Source: Pedomonas sp. (lineage in GTDB: Bacteria > Pseudomonadota > Alphaproteobacteria > Sphingomonadales > Sphingomonadaceae). Taken from it: DNA of 64,000 nt. This document shows positions 54,538-64,000 of this stretch, piece after piece. The stretch spans positions 9,455 through 73,454 of the forward strand of contig NZ_DATBUP010000010.1 of NCBI RefSeq assembly GCF_036515995.1. Direction: 5' to 3'. Made by a program: the position numbers and the translations under genes. Each line of letters starts with the position of its first letter. Within the stretch, counting starts at the first letter, position 1. The notes beneath the pieces are model-generated. The model had not been told where the DNA came from and searched no databases. It saw only the letters and a list, made by a program, of their open reading frames with translations.

Positions 54538-54543
54538 GACCGC

Positions 54544-55245
54544 GTGAACGCCACCATTGCCCTGGTTGACGATGACCGCAATATCCTCACCTCCGTCAGC
54601 ATCGCGTTGCAGGCGGAAGGGTTCACCGTGCGCGTCTATTCCGATGGCGCGTCTGCCCTGAAGGCGATTCTGGACAATCCGCCCGATCTGGCCGTGCTCG
54701 ACATCAAGATGCCGCGCATGGACGGCATGGAACTGCTGCGCCGCCTGCGCGAGAAGTCCCGGCTGCCGGTCATCTTCCTCACCTCGAAGGATGACGAGAT
54801 TGACGAGGCGCTGGGCCTTGCCATGGGCGCTGACGATTACATCGGCAAGCCGTTCTCCCAGCGGCTGCTGATCGAGCGCATCCGCGCCGTGCTGCGCCGC
54901 ACCGCCAACCGCAACGATCCCGATCATGTCGCCGAGCCGGAAGAGCAGGCGATGTCGCGCGGGCGGCTGACCATGTATCCGGCCAAGCACGAGGTGACGT
55001 GGGACGGCAAGGAAGTCTCCCTCACCGTCACCGAGTTCCTTATCCTTCAGGCGCTCGCCCAGCGCCCCGGTTTCGTGAAGTCCCGCGATCAGCTGATGGA
55101 CGCCGCCTACAGCGATGACGTCTATGTGGATGACCGCACCATCGACAGCCACATCAAGCGGCTGCGCAAGAAGTTCCGCACGGTGGACGGCGACTTCAAG
55201 AGCATCGAGACGCTCTACGGTGTCGGCTACCGGTTCAACGAATGA
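54544..55245 (+). CDS. chvI: OmpR-family response regulator ChvI
   Basis: 233 aa, GTG start. [23 protein letters not shown]...[36 protein letters not shown] is near-identical in pattern to rhizobial ChvI. Confidence 0.9.
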   Translation: MNATIALVDDDRNILTSVSIALQAEGFTVRVYSDGASALKAILDNPPDLAVLDIKMPRMDGMELLRRLREKSRLPVIFLTSKDDEIDEALGLAMGADDYIGKPFSQRLLIERIRAVLRRTANRNDPDHVAEPEEQAMSRGRLTMYPAKHEVTWDGKEVSLTVTEFLILQALAQRPGFVKSRDQLMDAAYSDDVYVDDRTIDSHIKRLRKKFRTVDGDFKSIETLYGVGYRFNE

Positions 55246-56873
55246 AACGGCTTCGGGCTCTCCGTGCGAGGTTGCTGGGCTCGCAGGCGCGGGAGCGGAT
55301 CATTTCACCGCTGACGCTGCGGATTCTGGCCGTCAACCTGTTCGCCCTCCTGATGCTGGCGGGCGGTGTTCTCTATCTCGACCAGTTCCGCGTGCGGCTC
55401 ATCGAGCAGCGCAGCGAGGAGTTGCAGATCCAGTCCCTGCTCATGGCGGGCGGGCTGTCGGAAATGGCGGCGCAGACGCCCGAGACGCCGCGCCTCGATC
55501 CTGAACGCACCGCCGCGCTCATCGCCCAGATGGCCGAGGCAACGTCGGTGCGCATCCAGGTGGTGGATGCCAGCGGCGTCGAGCTGATGGACACTAACTG
55601 GCTGCCGGACCGGGAAGTCATCATCACCCAGCTCAAGCCGGGCTGGCGGCGGCGGGTGGCGCTGTGGCTGGACCGGATGACCGAAATGGCGGCGGCCTCG
55701 CCCCGGCTCGATATGTATGAGGAGATTCCCGCCGATCAGCTGGCGAATCTTCCCGAAGTCACCGCCGCGCTTCAGGGCGAGGCGGCAACCGCCCTGCGCC
55801 GCAGCGAAGGCGGCACCACGGTCGTCACCGTCGCCCAGCCGATCCAGCGGGTGCAGAAGGTCATGGGCGCGGTGCTGCTCACCGCCGACACGCGCGACAT
55901 CACCAAGATCGTGCGCGCCGAGCGGCTGACCTCGTTCAAGATCTTCTGCCTCGTGCTGGCGCTCACCATCCTCATGTCCTACTTCCTCGGCCGCACCATC
56001 GTGCATCCGATCCGGCGGCTGGCCCGCGCGGCGGACCGGGTGCGGCAGGGCCGGGCGCGTGACGTGATCGTGCCGCGCCTGCCCAGGCGCACCGACGAGA
56101 TCGGCCAGCTCGCCCGCGCGCTGTCCGACATGACGCAGGCCCTGCACCAGCGCATGGATGCGATCGAATCCTTCGCGGCGGACGTCTCCCACGAGATCAA
56201 GAATCCCCTCAGCTCCCTGCGCAGCGCGGTCGAGACGCTGGACCGGGTGAAGGATCCCGCGCTCCAGAAGCAGCTGCTGGCGATCATTCAGGGCGACGTC
56301 GTTCGGCTCGACCGGCTCATCACCGACATTTCGGACGCGTCCCGCATGGATGCTGAGCTATCCCGTGCCCGGTTCGAGCCGGTGGACATGGGACAGATGA
56401 TGGCAACGCTGATCGACGTGCAGCGCCGCAACGCCGCCCAGCGCAGCGTCACCATCGCCTACGCCGGACCGCGCCCCAGCACCGCGCTGGTGATGGGGCT
56501 GGAGGGCCGGCTGGGTCAGGTGGCGCGCAATCTCATCGACAACGCCATTTCCTTCTCGCCCGAGGGCGGCAGCGTGCGCGTTATGCTCACCGTGGATGAC
56601 CGCACGGTGAGGATGATCGTGGATGACGACGGACCCGGTATCCCCGAGGGGACCGAGGAGAGCATCTTCAAGCGCTTCTACTCCGAACGTCCCGAGGGCG
56701 AGGATTTCGGCAAGCACTCCGGTCTGGGCCTCGCCATTTCCAAGCAGGTGGTGGAAGCCCACAACGGGCGCATCACTGCCGCCAACCGGGTGCAGGGCGA
56801 AACCGTTCTGGGCGCGCGTTTCACGGTGGAGTTGCCGGCCCACGTGGAGCGGCGGCTGGAGGCGGCGGAATGA
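55242..56873 (+). CDS. chvG: Sensor histidine kinase ChvG (ExoS/BvrS-like)
   Basis: 543 aa with two TM segments and a HAMP domain. H-box [16 protein letters not shown] and G-box [11 protein letters not shown]. Overlaps the chvI stop. Confidence 0.85.
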   Translation: MKRLRALRARLLGSQARERIISPLTLRILAVNLFALLMLAGGVLYLDQFRVRLIEQRSEELQIQSLLMAGGLSEMAAQTPETPRLDPERTAALIAQMAEATSVRIQVVDASGVELMDTNWLPDREVIITQLKPGWRRRVALWLDRMTEMAAASPRLDMYEEIPADQLANLPEVTAALQGEAATALRRSEGGTTVVTVAQPIQRVQKVMGAVLLTADTRDITKIVRAERLTSFKIFCLVLALTILMSYFLGRTIVHPIRRLARAADRVRQGRARDVIVPRLPRRTDEIGQLARALSDMTQALHQRMDAIESFAADVSHEIKNPLSSLRSAVETLDRVKDPALQKQLLAIIQGDVVRLDRLITDISDASRMDAELSRARFEPVDMGQMMATLIDVQRRNAAQRSVTIAYAGPRPSTALVMGLEGRLGQVARNLIDNAISFSPEGGSVRVMLTVDDRTVRMIVDDDGPGIPEGTEESIFKRFYSERPEGEDFGKHSGLGLAISKQVVEAHNGRITAANRVQGETVLGARFTVELPAHVERRLEAAE

Positions 56874-57319
56874 CGGCAACACCTTCCGAAGGATTCGGCG
56901 AACCCGTGCTCCAGCATGCCACCTGCGTCGCCTATTCCGGGCGCGGCGTGCTCATCATGGGAGAGCCCGGCACCGGAAAATCGAGTCTGGCGCTGCGGCT
57001 TATTGACCGGGGGGCGATGCTGGTTGCGGATGACTACGCCCTGCTCTCGCGCGAGGGCCAGTCCCTCATCGCCACGGTGCCCGAGAGCATTGCCGGGCTC
57101 CTTGAGGTGCGCGGCGTCGGCATTTCCCGGCAACCGTATCGCAGGCGGGCGGAAATTGCGCTCGCGGTCCGTCTCGGACGGGAGGACGAGCGGTTGCCAG
57201 AACCAAAAGAATGGGAGATGCTGGGTTTGAGGCGACCTTTGGTCGTGATGGATGCTTTGCGTGATGACTCACCGCTCAAGGTCGAGATGGCTTTGAGCGG
57301 CGGGACCATTCGGCTATAA
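56870..57319 (+). CDS. hprK: Short-form HPr kinase/phosphorylase (C-terminal domain only)
   Basis: 149 aa. P-loop GEPGTGKSSLAL and LLEVRGVGI. This is the alphaproteobacterial truncated HprK type. Confidence 0.85.
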   Translation: MTATPSEGFGEPVLQHATCVAYSGRGVLIMGEPGTGKSSLALRLIDRGAMLVADDYALLSREGQSLIATVPESIAGLLEVRGVGISRQPYRRRAEIALAVRLGREDERLPEPKEWEMLGLRRPLVVMDALRDDSPLKVEMALSGGTIRL

Positions 57320-58312
57320 GTGAGGGATATGTCTCTGCAGCCCCAGAGTTCTGCCCAGGTGAGTGCGCCCCAGGGCAGCGAACGACTTCCCGCAACCCGG
57401 CTGCTGCTGGTTACGGGCATGTCTGGCGCCGGTAAATCCTCAGCGCTCAAGGTGCTTGAGGATCTGGGCTATGAGGCCGTCGACAACCTGCCCATCAGCC
57501 TGCTCGCCAAGCTGCTGGCCACGGAGGATTCCGGGCCGGTGGACGGGCATGAGCGGCCGATCGCGCTGGGCATCGACACCCGCACCCGGGCATTTGACGC
57601 AGAAACGATCGTCGGCACCCTCAAGGAGCTCCGTGACAAGGAGAACATCGAGGTCAGCGTGCTGTTCCTCGACTGCTCCGGCGAAGAGTTGAGCCGACGC
57701 TTTTCCGAGACGCGGCGTCGCCACCCGCTGGCGCAGGACCGGCCGGTGCAGGACGGCATCGCCCGCGAGCGCGAACTGCTCGCCCCCTTGCGCCGCTGGG
57801 CGGACGTGGTTCTGGACACCAGCCAGTACTCCTCGCACCAGCTGCGCCACGCGCTCTCCGGCCGCTTCGCCTTCAGCCGGTCCGGCCAGCTGACGCTGAC
57901 CATCATGTCCTTCGGCTATGCCCGCGGCATCCCGCGCGATGCAGATCTGGTGTTTGATATGCGCTTCCTCTCCAACCCGCACTGGGTAGAGGAGCTGCGC
58001 CCCTTCACCGGGCAGGACGAGCGGGTGGGAGCCTATGTGGCGTCCGACCCGAGCTTCGCGGACGCCTTCGCCAAGACCCATGACCTCATCTCCTACCTTC
58101 TTCCGCTTTACCGGCAGGAAGGGAAGGCCTATCTGACCGTCGCCTTTGGCTGCACGGGCGGTAAGCATCGCTCGGTGTTCGTCACGGAGCGTATGGCGGC
58201 CGTTCTCAGGAGCGAGGGACACACCCTTTCCATTGTGCACCGCGATCTCCGGGTTCAGGCCCAGGGCGCGGAGCTGACATTGACCGAGAAAGCAGAGAGT
58301 AGCAGCGTATGA
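57320..58312 (+). CDS. rapZ: RNase adapter protein RapZ (P-loop NTPase)
   Basis: VTGMSGAGKSSALKVLEDLGYEAVDNLP and a C-terminal GCTGGKHRSV block. The start is either GTG 57320 or ATG 57329. Confidence 0.9.
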   Translation: MRDMSLQPQSSAQVSAPQGSERLPATRLLLVTGMSGAGKSSALKVLEDLGYEAVDNLPISLLAKLLATEDSGPVDGHERPIALGIDTRTRAFDAETIVGTLKELRDKENIEVSVLFLDCSGEELSRRFSETRRRHPLAQDRPVQDGIARERELLAPLRRWADVVLDTSQYSSHQLRHALSGRFAFSRSGQLTLTIMSFGYARGIPRDADLVFDMRFLSNPHWVEELRPFTGQDERVGAYVASDPSFADAFAKTHDLISYLLPLYRQEGKAYLTVAFGCTGGKHRSVFVTERMAAVLRSEGHTLSIVHRDLRVQAQGAELTLTEKAESSSV

Positions 58313-58713
58313 TCGGACTGGTGCTGGTCACCCACGGCCGGCTTGCGGCCGAATTTGTGTCCGCCATGGAGCATGTGGTCGGGCCGCAGGAGGCCGTGAA
58401 GGCCATCTGCATCGGGCCGGAAGACGACATGGAAGCCCGCCGGCAGGATATTGCCGAGGCTGTGGAAGCGGTGGACGCGGGCAGCGGCGTGATCCTGCTG
58501 ACCGACATGTTCGGCGGCACGCCCTCGAACCTGGCCATCTCCCTCATGGGCAAGCCCAATGTGGAGGTGATCGCCGGCATCAATCTGCCCATGCTCATCA
58601 AGCTGGCGACCGTGCGGCGCACCTGCGACGTAACGTCCGCCGTTGAAGCCGCGCAGGAAGCCGGGCGTAAGTATATTTCGGTTGCTTCGAAGATTTTGGC
58701 GGGTGTGTCCTGA
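58309..58713 (+). CDS. PTS EIIA component, mannose family (PTS-Ntr-associated)
   Basis: 134 aa. MIGLVLVTHGRLA (active-site His) and LTDMFGGTPSN. Confidence 0.85.
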   Translation: MIGLVLVTHGRLAAEFVSAMEHVVGPQEAVKAICIGPEDDMEARRQDIAEAVEAVDAGSGVILLTDMFGGTPSNLAISLMGKPNVEVIAGINLPMLIKLATVRRTCDVTSAVEAAQEAGRKYISVASKILAGVS

Positions 58714-58991
58714 TGGAGATGTTGGCGCTCAGCAAGAAGGTCCGGATCCTGAACAAGCGGGGCCTGCACGCGCGGGCCTCGGCCAAGTTCGTGACCCTCG
58801 CCTCCCAGTTCGACGCCAGCGTGCGCGTCAGCAAGGATGGCTCGGAAGTCACCGGCACGTCCATCATGGGCCTGATGATGCTGGCCGCCGCCATCGGCGA
58901 GGAGATCACCATCAACGCCAGCGGCCCGCAGGCGCACGCGGCGCTCACGGCGCTGGTCGGGCTCGTCGAAGCCAAGTTCGACGAAGAGTAA
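58713..58991 (+). CDS. HPr-family phosphocarrier protein (NPr-like)
   Basis: 92 aa. LNKRGLHARASAKF (His phosphorylation site) and GTSIMGLMML (Ser region). Confidence 0.85.
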   Translation: MEMLALSKKVRILNKRGLHARASAKFVTLASQFDASVRVSKDGSEVTGTSIMGLMMLAAAIGEEITINASGPQAHAALTALVGLVEAKFDEE

Positions 58992-59015
58992 GCCCTTCCC
59001 TCCAGGGCCGTGTTT

Positions 59016-59045
59016 GCGGAGGCGGCGCTCCTCCGCCCTCTTTCC
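59016..59045 (+). terminator. Weak hairpin after the HPr-like gene
   Basis: GCGGAGG-(7 nt)-CCTCCGC followed by CCTCTTTCC. The U-tract is poor. Confidence 0.4.
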
Positions 59046-59333
59046 TGGAATTACTCAAGCTATTAACAACATTGCAGAAAGCGGCTGATTCGGGTCGGCA
59101 GCTGTGAAGCTGCGTGCGCCTGAGGGCTGAACCCGGTGTCCTGTGCGGCCTGACCCGCGCAGAAAAACGGGGGGGTGCCGATGGGGGGCTCGGCCTCGCG
59201 GCCCCTGCCGCCAACTCTCCGGAAATCCAGCCGTTCGCGCCTGCGGGCGGGAAACGCGCCCGTCACCCCTCTTCCAAAACCGGATTCCGCGGCGGAACCG
59301 GCCTCTCTTCCGTGGGTTATTCTCCGCCATGTT

Positions 59334-59355
59334 GCCCGGATTTCCGGGCTTTTTT
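59334..59355 (+). terminator. Orphan Rho-independent terminator in a non-coding interval
   Basis: GCCCGG-ATTT-CCGGGC followed by TTTTTT. There is no convincing CDS between 58992 and this point. Confidence 0.75.
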
Positions 59356-59684
59356 GCGCAGGGGTTGCGTCAGGTCGCCATTTCGGTCACAAACCCTGCC
59401 TTGTTCCGCCCTTTCGTTGTGTAGGCAGAACCAGACCTAACGGGCGTATTTGCGCCTCCCTGTCGGGGTCGGACATGTGTGGCAGCGTGTCTTCCGGCTC
59501 CAGCCGCCTTCGGGTGGCGAAAGCTCCGCCGCCTTCCACGGTGGCAGGGCGAACCCGGTGTTCCCGCGTCATGGGGGAAGGCCGGGGAAACCCGCCGCTT
59601 CCAGCGGCACGATCAGATCCGCAAGTCCTTCGGCTCAGTTCCGAGGGGTGCGGGGATCAGGATCAACTGGAAGGAGAGAGCCCC

Positions 59685-60530
59685 ATGCGGCAACTGCCAA
59701 TTGCCCACAAATCGCCTGCCAGCGGAGTGCAGTCCCGCAGGCTGGTTTCGTTTGTGGCCGGTATGGCTGCGGGCATGTCGCTCGGCCTGAGTATGGCCAG
59801 AGCGGCGGATACGGCATCTGAACACCCGCAAACCCCGGTTGCAGCATCAGCATCCGCCCCCGCTGCGGCAGCATCCAGCCTCGCTGTAGCATCGGCATCA
59901 GCGCCATCGGCGCCAGCATCAGCATCCGCCGCGCCGGTCGCTCCAGCCGAGGCCAGGCCCGCCTCCCTGCAGCCGACCAGCACGCCCCCGCTCCTGATGC
60001 GCTCGGGAGACGGCAGCTACGTCAAGGCGGACCTTGCGTCCCTGCCCAAGGTCGTGGTCGAGCAGCCCTGCTACCAGTACAACAACTACTGGTGCCTGAA
60101 GGGCACCCAGTGGGAAGGGCAGGAGAAGGTCGGCAGGCAGCGCCTCGCCGTGTTCCAGGACCCGATCTACGCCGCCCGCGCCATCGCGATCACCATGCAT
60201 GCCTACCGCTTCAAGCATAACCTGCGCACGCCGCGCGAGATCATGACGCGGTACATCCTCAGCCCGGATTGCCGGAAAAGCGGCCCCGGCACCGCCAAGT
60301 GCACCCACATGTGGGGTCTGGTGGACAAGTACGCCCAACGCATCGGTGCGGCGCTGGGCATCGGCCCCAACGAGCCGATGAAGATCTTCCCTTCCCAGTC
60401 CACGGTCAATCTGGAGCGCGCCCGCACCCTGTTCCGCGAGATGGCGCACATCGAGATCGGCCAGACCCTGCGCGTTCCTGACGAACTCATCGACAAGGGT
60501 CTGGAACGGGCCGGCCTGAAGGCGAACTAA
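59685..60530 (+). CDS. Tat-exported protein of unknown function (Ala/Ser/Pro linker + 4-Cys C-terminal domain)
   Basis: Trimmed from the 451-aa track ORF to MRQLPIAHKSPASGVQSRRLVSFVAGMAAGMSLGLSMARA/AD, with GGAAGGAGAGAG RBS. Low-complexity ASASAPAAAASS region, then a globular C-terminus with CYQYNNYWC and CRKSGPGTAKC. Confidence 0.6.
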   Translation: MRQLPIAHKSPASGVQSRRLVSFVAGMAAGMSLGLSMARAADTASEHPQTPVAASASAPAAAASSLAVASASAPSAPASASAAPVAPAEARPASLQPTSTPPLLMRSGDGSYVKADLASLPKVVVEQPCYQYNNYWCLKGTQWEGQEKVGRQRLAVFQDPIYAARAIAITMHAYRFKHNLRTPREIMTRYILSPDCRKSGPGTAKCTHMWGLVDKYAQRIGAALGIGPNEPMKIFPSQSTVNLERARTLFREMAHIEIGQTLRVPDELIDKGLERAGLKAN

Positions 60531-60612
60531 GAGCAGCTTTCGAGCAGGGTGGTACACCCTGTGGTTAAGAAAGTGCGACCAACAAAGAGCTTAGCTTTTC
60601 TCGTCTGCTGTT

Positions 60613-60642
60613 CTCCCACCGGAGGGGCACGCCCTTCCGGTG
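60613..60642. other. 13-bp-stem hairpin between convergent genes (probable bidirectional terminator)
   Basis: CCCACCGGAGGGG-CACG-CCCTTCCGGTGGG, with one mismatch. Confidence 0.5.
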
Positions 60643-60670
60643 GGACAGCCTTAACAAGACGACTTCAGCC

Positions 60671-63705
<3,035 letters not shown>

Positions 63706-63737
63706 GCCTTTCGGGCTTGACGGCTGACAGGGCTGAA

Positions 63738-63775
63738 GGGGTTGGAGTTCTTCGCGAATTCCAACCCCTCTTGCT
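63738..63775 (+). terminator. Hairpin terminator after ahcY
   Basis: 13-bp stem GGGGTTGGAGTTC/GAATTCCAACCCC, 5-nt loop, then TCTTGCTGTC (modest U-tract). Confidence 0.6.
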
Positions 63776-64000
63776 GTCAGGGAACTGTTCCGGCACAAAT
63801 GCGGGAGCGCCATGACCGGGCTGGTTACGCCCGGGGCTTGCGCACTTGTGGTTGATGCAGCCGAACTGCGGGGGAAAAGCATGGTCTTGGGCGCTTCTGA
63901 CGGCACCGGAGTCTTTGTCCGGTCCCTGCCGCCGAGGATCTGCCGTTGAAGACCGGGCAATGAGCACTCCCGAAACCTGGAAGCTGGCCCTTGCGGCCAC

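Noticed and set aside
59081-59094. GCGGCTGATTCGGG, which resembles the tmRNA 5' end (GGGGCUGAUUCUGG)
   Set aside because: No T-arm/GGTTCGA..CCACCA acceptor piece, no ANDN...AA tag reading frame and no pseudoknot series are visible nearby, including in the permuted order used by alphaproteobacteria. The resemblance is treated as chance.
59541-59590. AGGGCGAACCCGGTG...GGGGGAAGGCC, reminiscent of the cobalamin riboswitch core and B12-box flank
   Set aside because: The GCCACTG B12 box and the intervening conserved CCCGC..ACTGT segment are missing. The downstream gene has no link to cobalamin. Left for cmsearch to decide.
59175-59684. N-terminal 170-codon extension of the 59175..60530 ORF
   Set aside because: The extension is Arg/Ser/Pro/Gly-rich with no domain character and crosses a strong intrinsic terminator. 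A GGAAGGAGAGAG RBS and a Tat signal peptide start at 59685.
63960-64000. ATG at 63960 (MSTPETWKLALAA...) as the start of a new plus-strand gene at the right edge
   Set aside because: Only 13 codons are visible, there is no clear RBS, and nothing supports a call.

Overview
This window is a high-GC (about two-thirds G+C by eye), densely coding chromosomal segment. It looks alphaproteobacterial, based on three features: the chvI-chvG-hprK-rapZ-EIIA(Man)-NPr cluster, the Alph_Pro_TM/TauE gene pair, and a cobA-DUF2849-cysI-DUF934-cysH sulfur operon. I support about 58 protein-coding genes. They cover phosphate scavenging (phoX), c-di-GMP turnover (3 genes), and amino-acid catabolism modules, of which three have their own divergent Lrp/AsnC regulator: proline (putA), tryptophan (TDO-like) and arginine (AST genes); a lysine-type ALDH7 gene has no adjacent regulator. 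They also cover assimilatory sulfate reduction, the ChvGI/PTS-Ntr regulatory cluster, ppa, selO, ahcY and a Cys/Met PLP enzyme. I recognised no rRNA, tRNA, CRISPR array, transposase, integrase or prophage genes. Many long ORFs in the supplied track are antisense or out-of-frame artefacts of high GC. Several listed ORFs have spurious N-terminal extensions, which I trimmed to starts with a plausible RBS or signal peptide. No compelling multi-gene novel system is evident. The best candidates for a second look are: (1) an untracked minus-strand ORF at the left edge encoding a Gln/Gly-rich, cysteine-free repeat protein behind a 0.5-kb AT-rich region; (2) a 0.7-kb structured non-coding interval (58992-59684) with an orphan intrinsic terminator, upstream of a Tat-exported unknown protein; (3) an orphan HerA/DUF87 ATPase flanked by AT-rich DNA that contains a tiny hydrophobic ORF; (4) a divergent TDO-like gene apparently co-transcribed with a signal-less lipocalin; (5) a bacterial Coq4-family gene behind an 11-bp-arm hairpin. 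All family assignments come from motif recognition by eye and need database confirmation.
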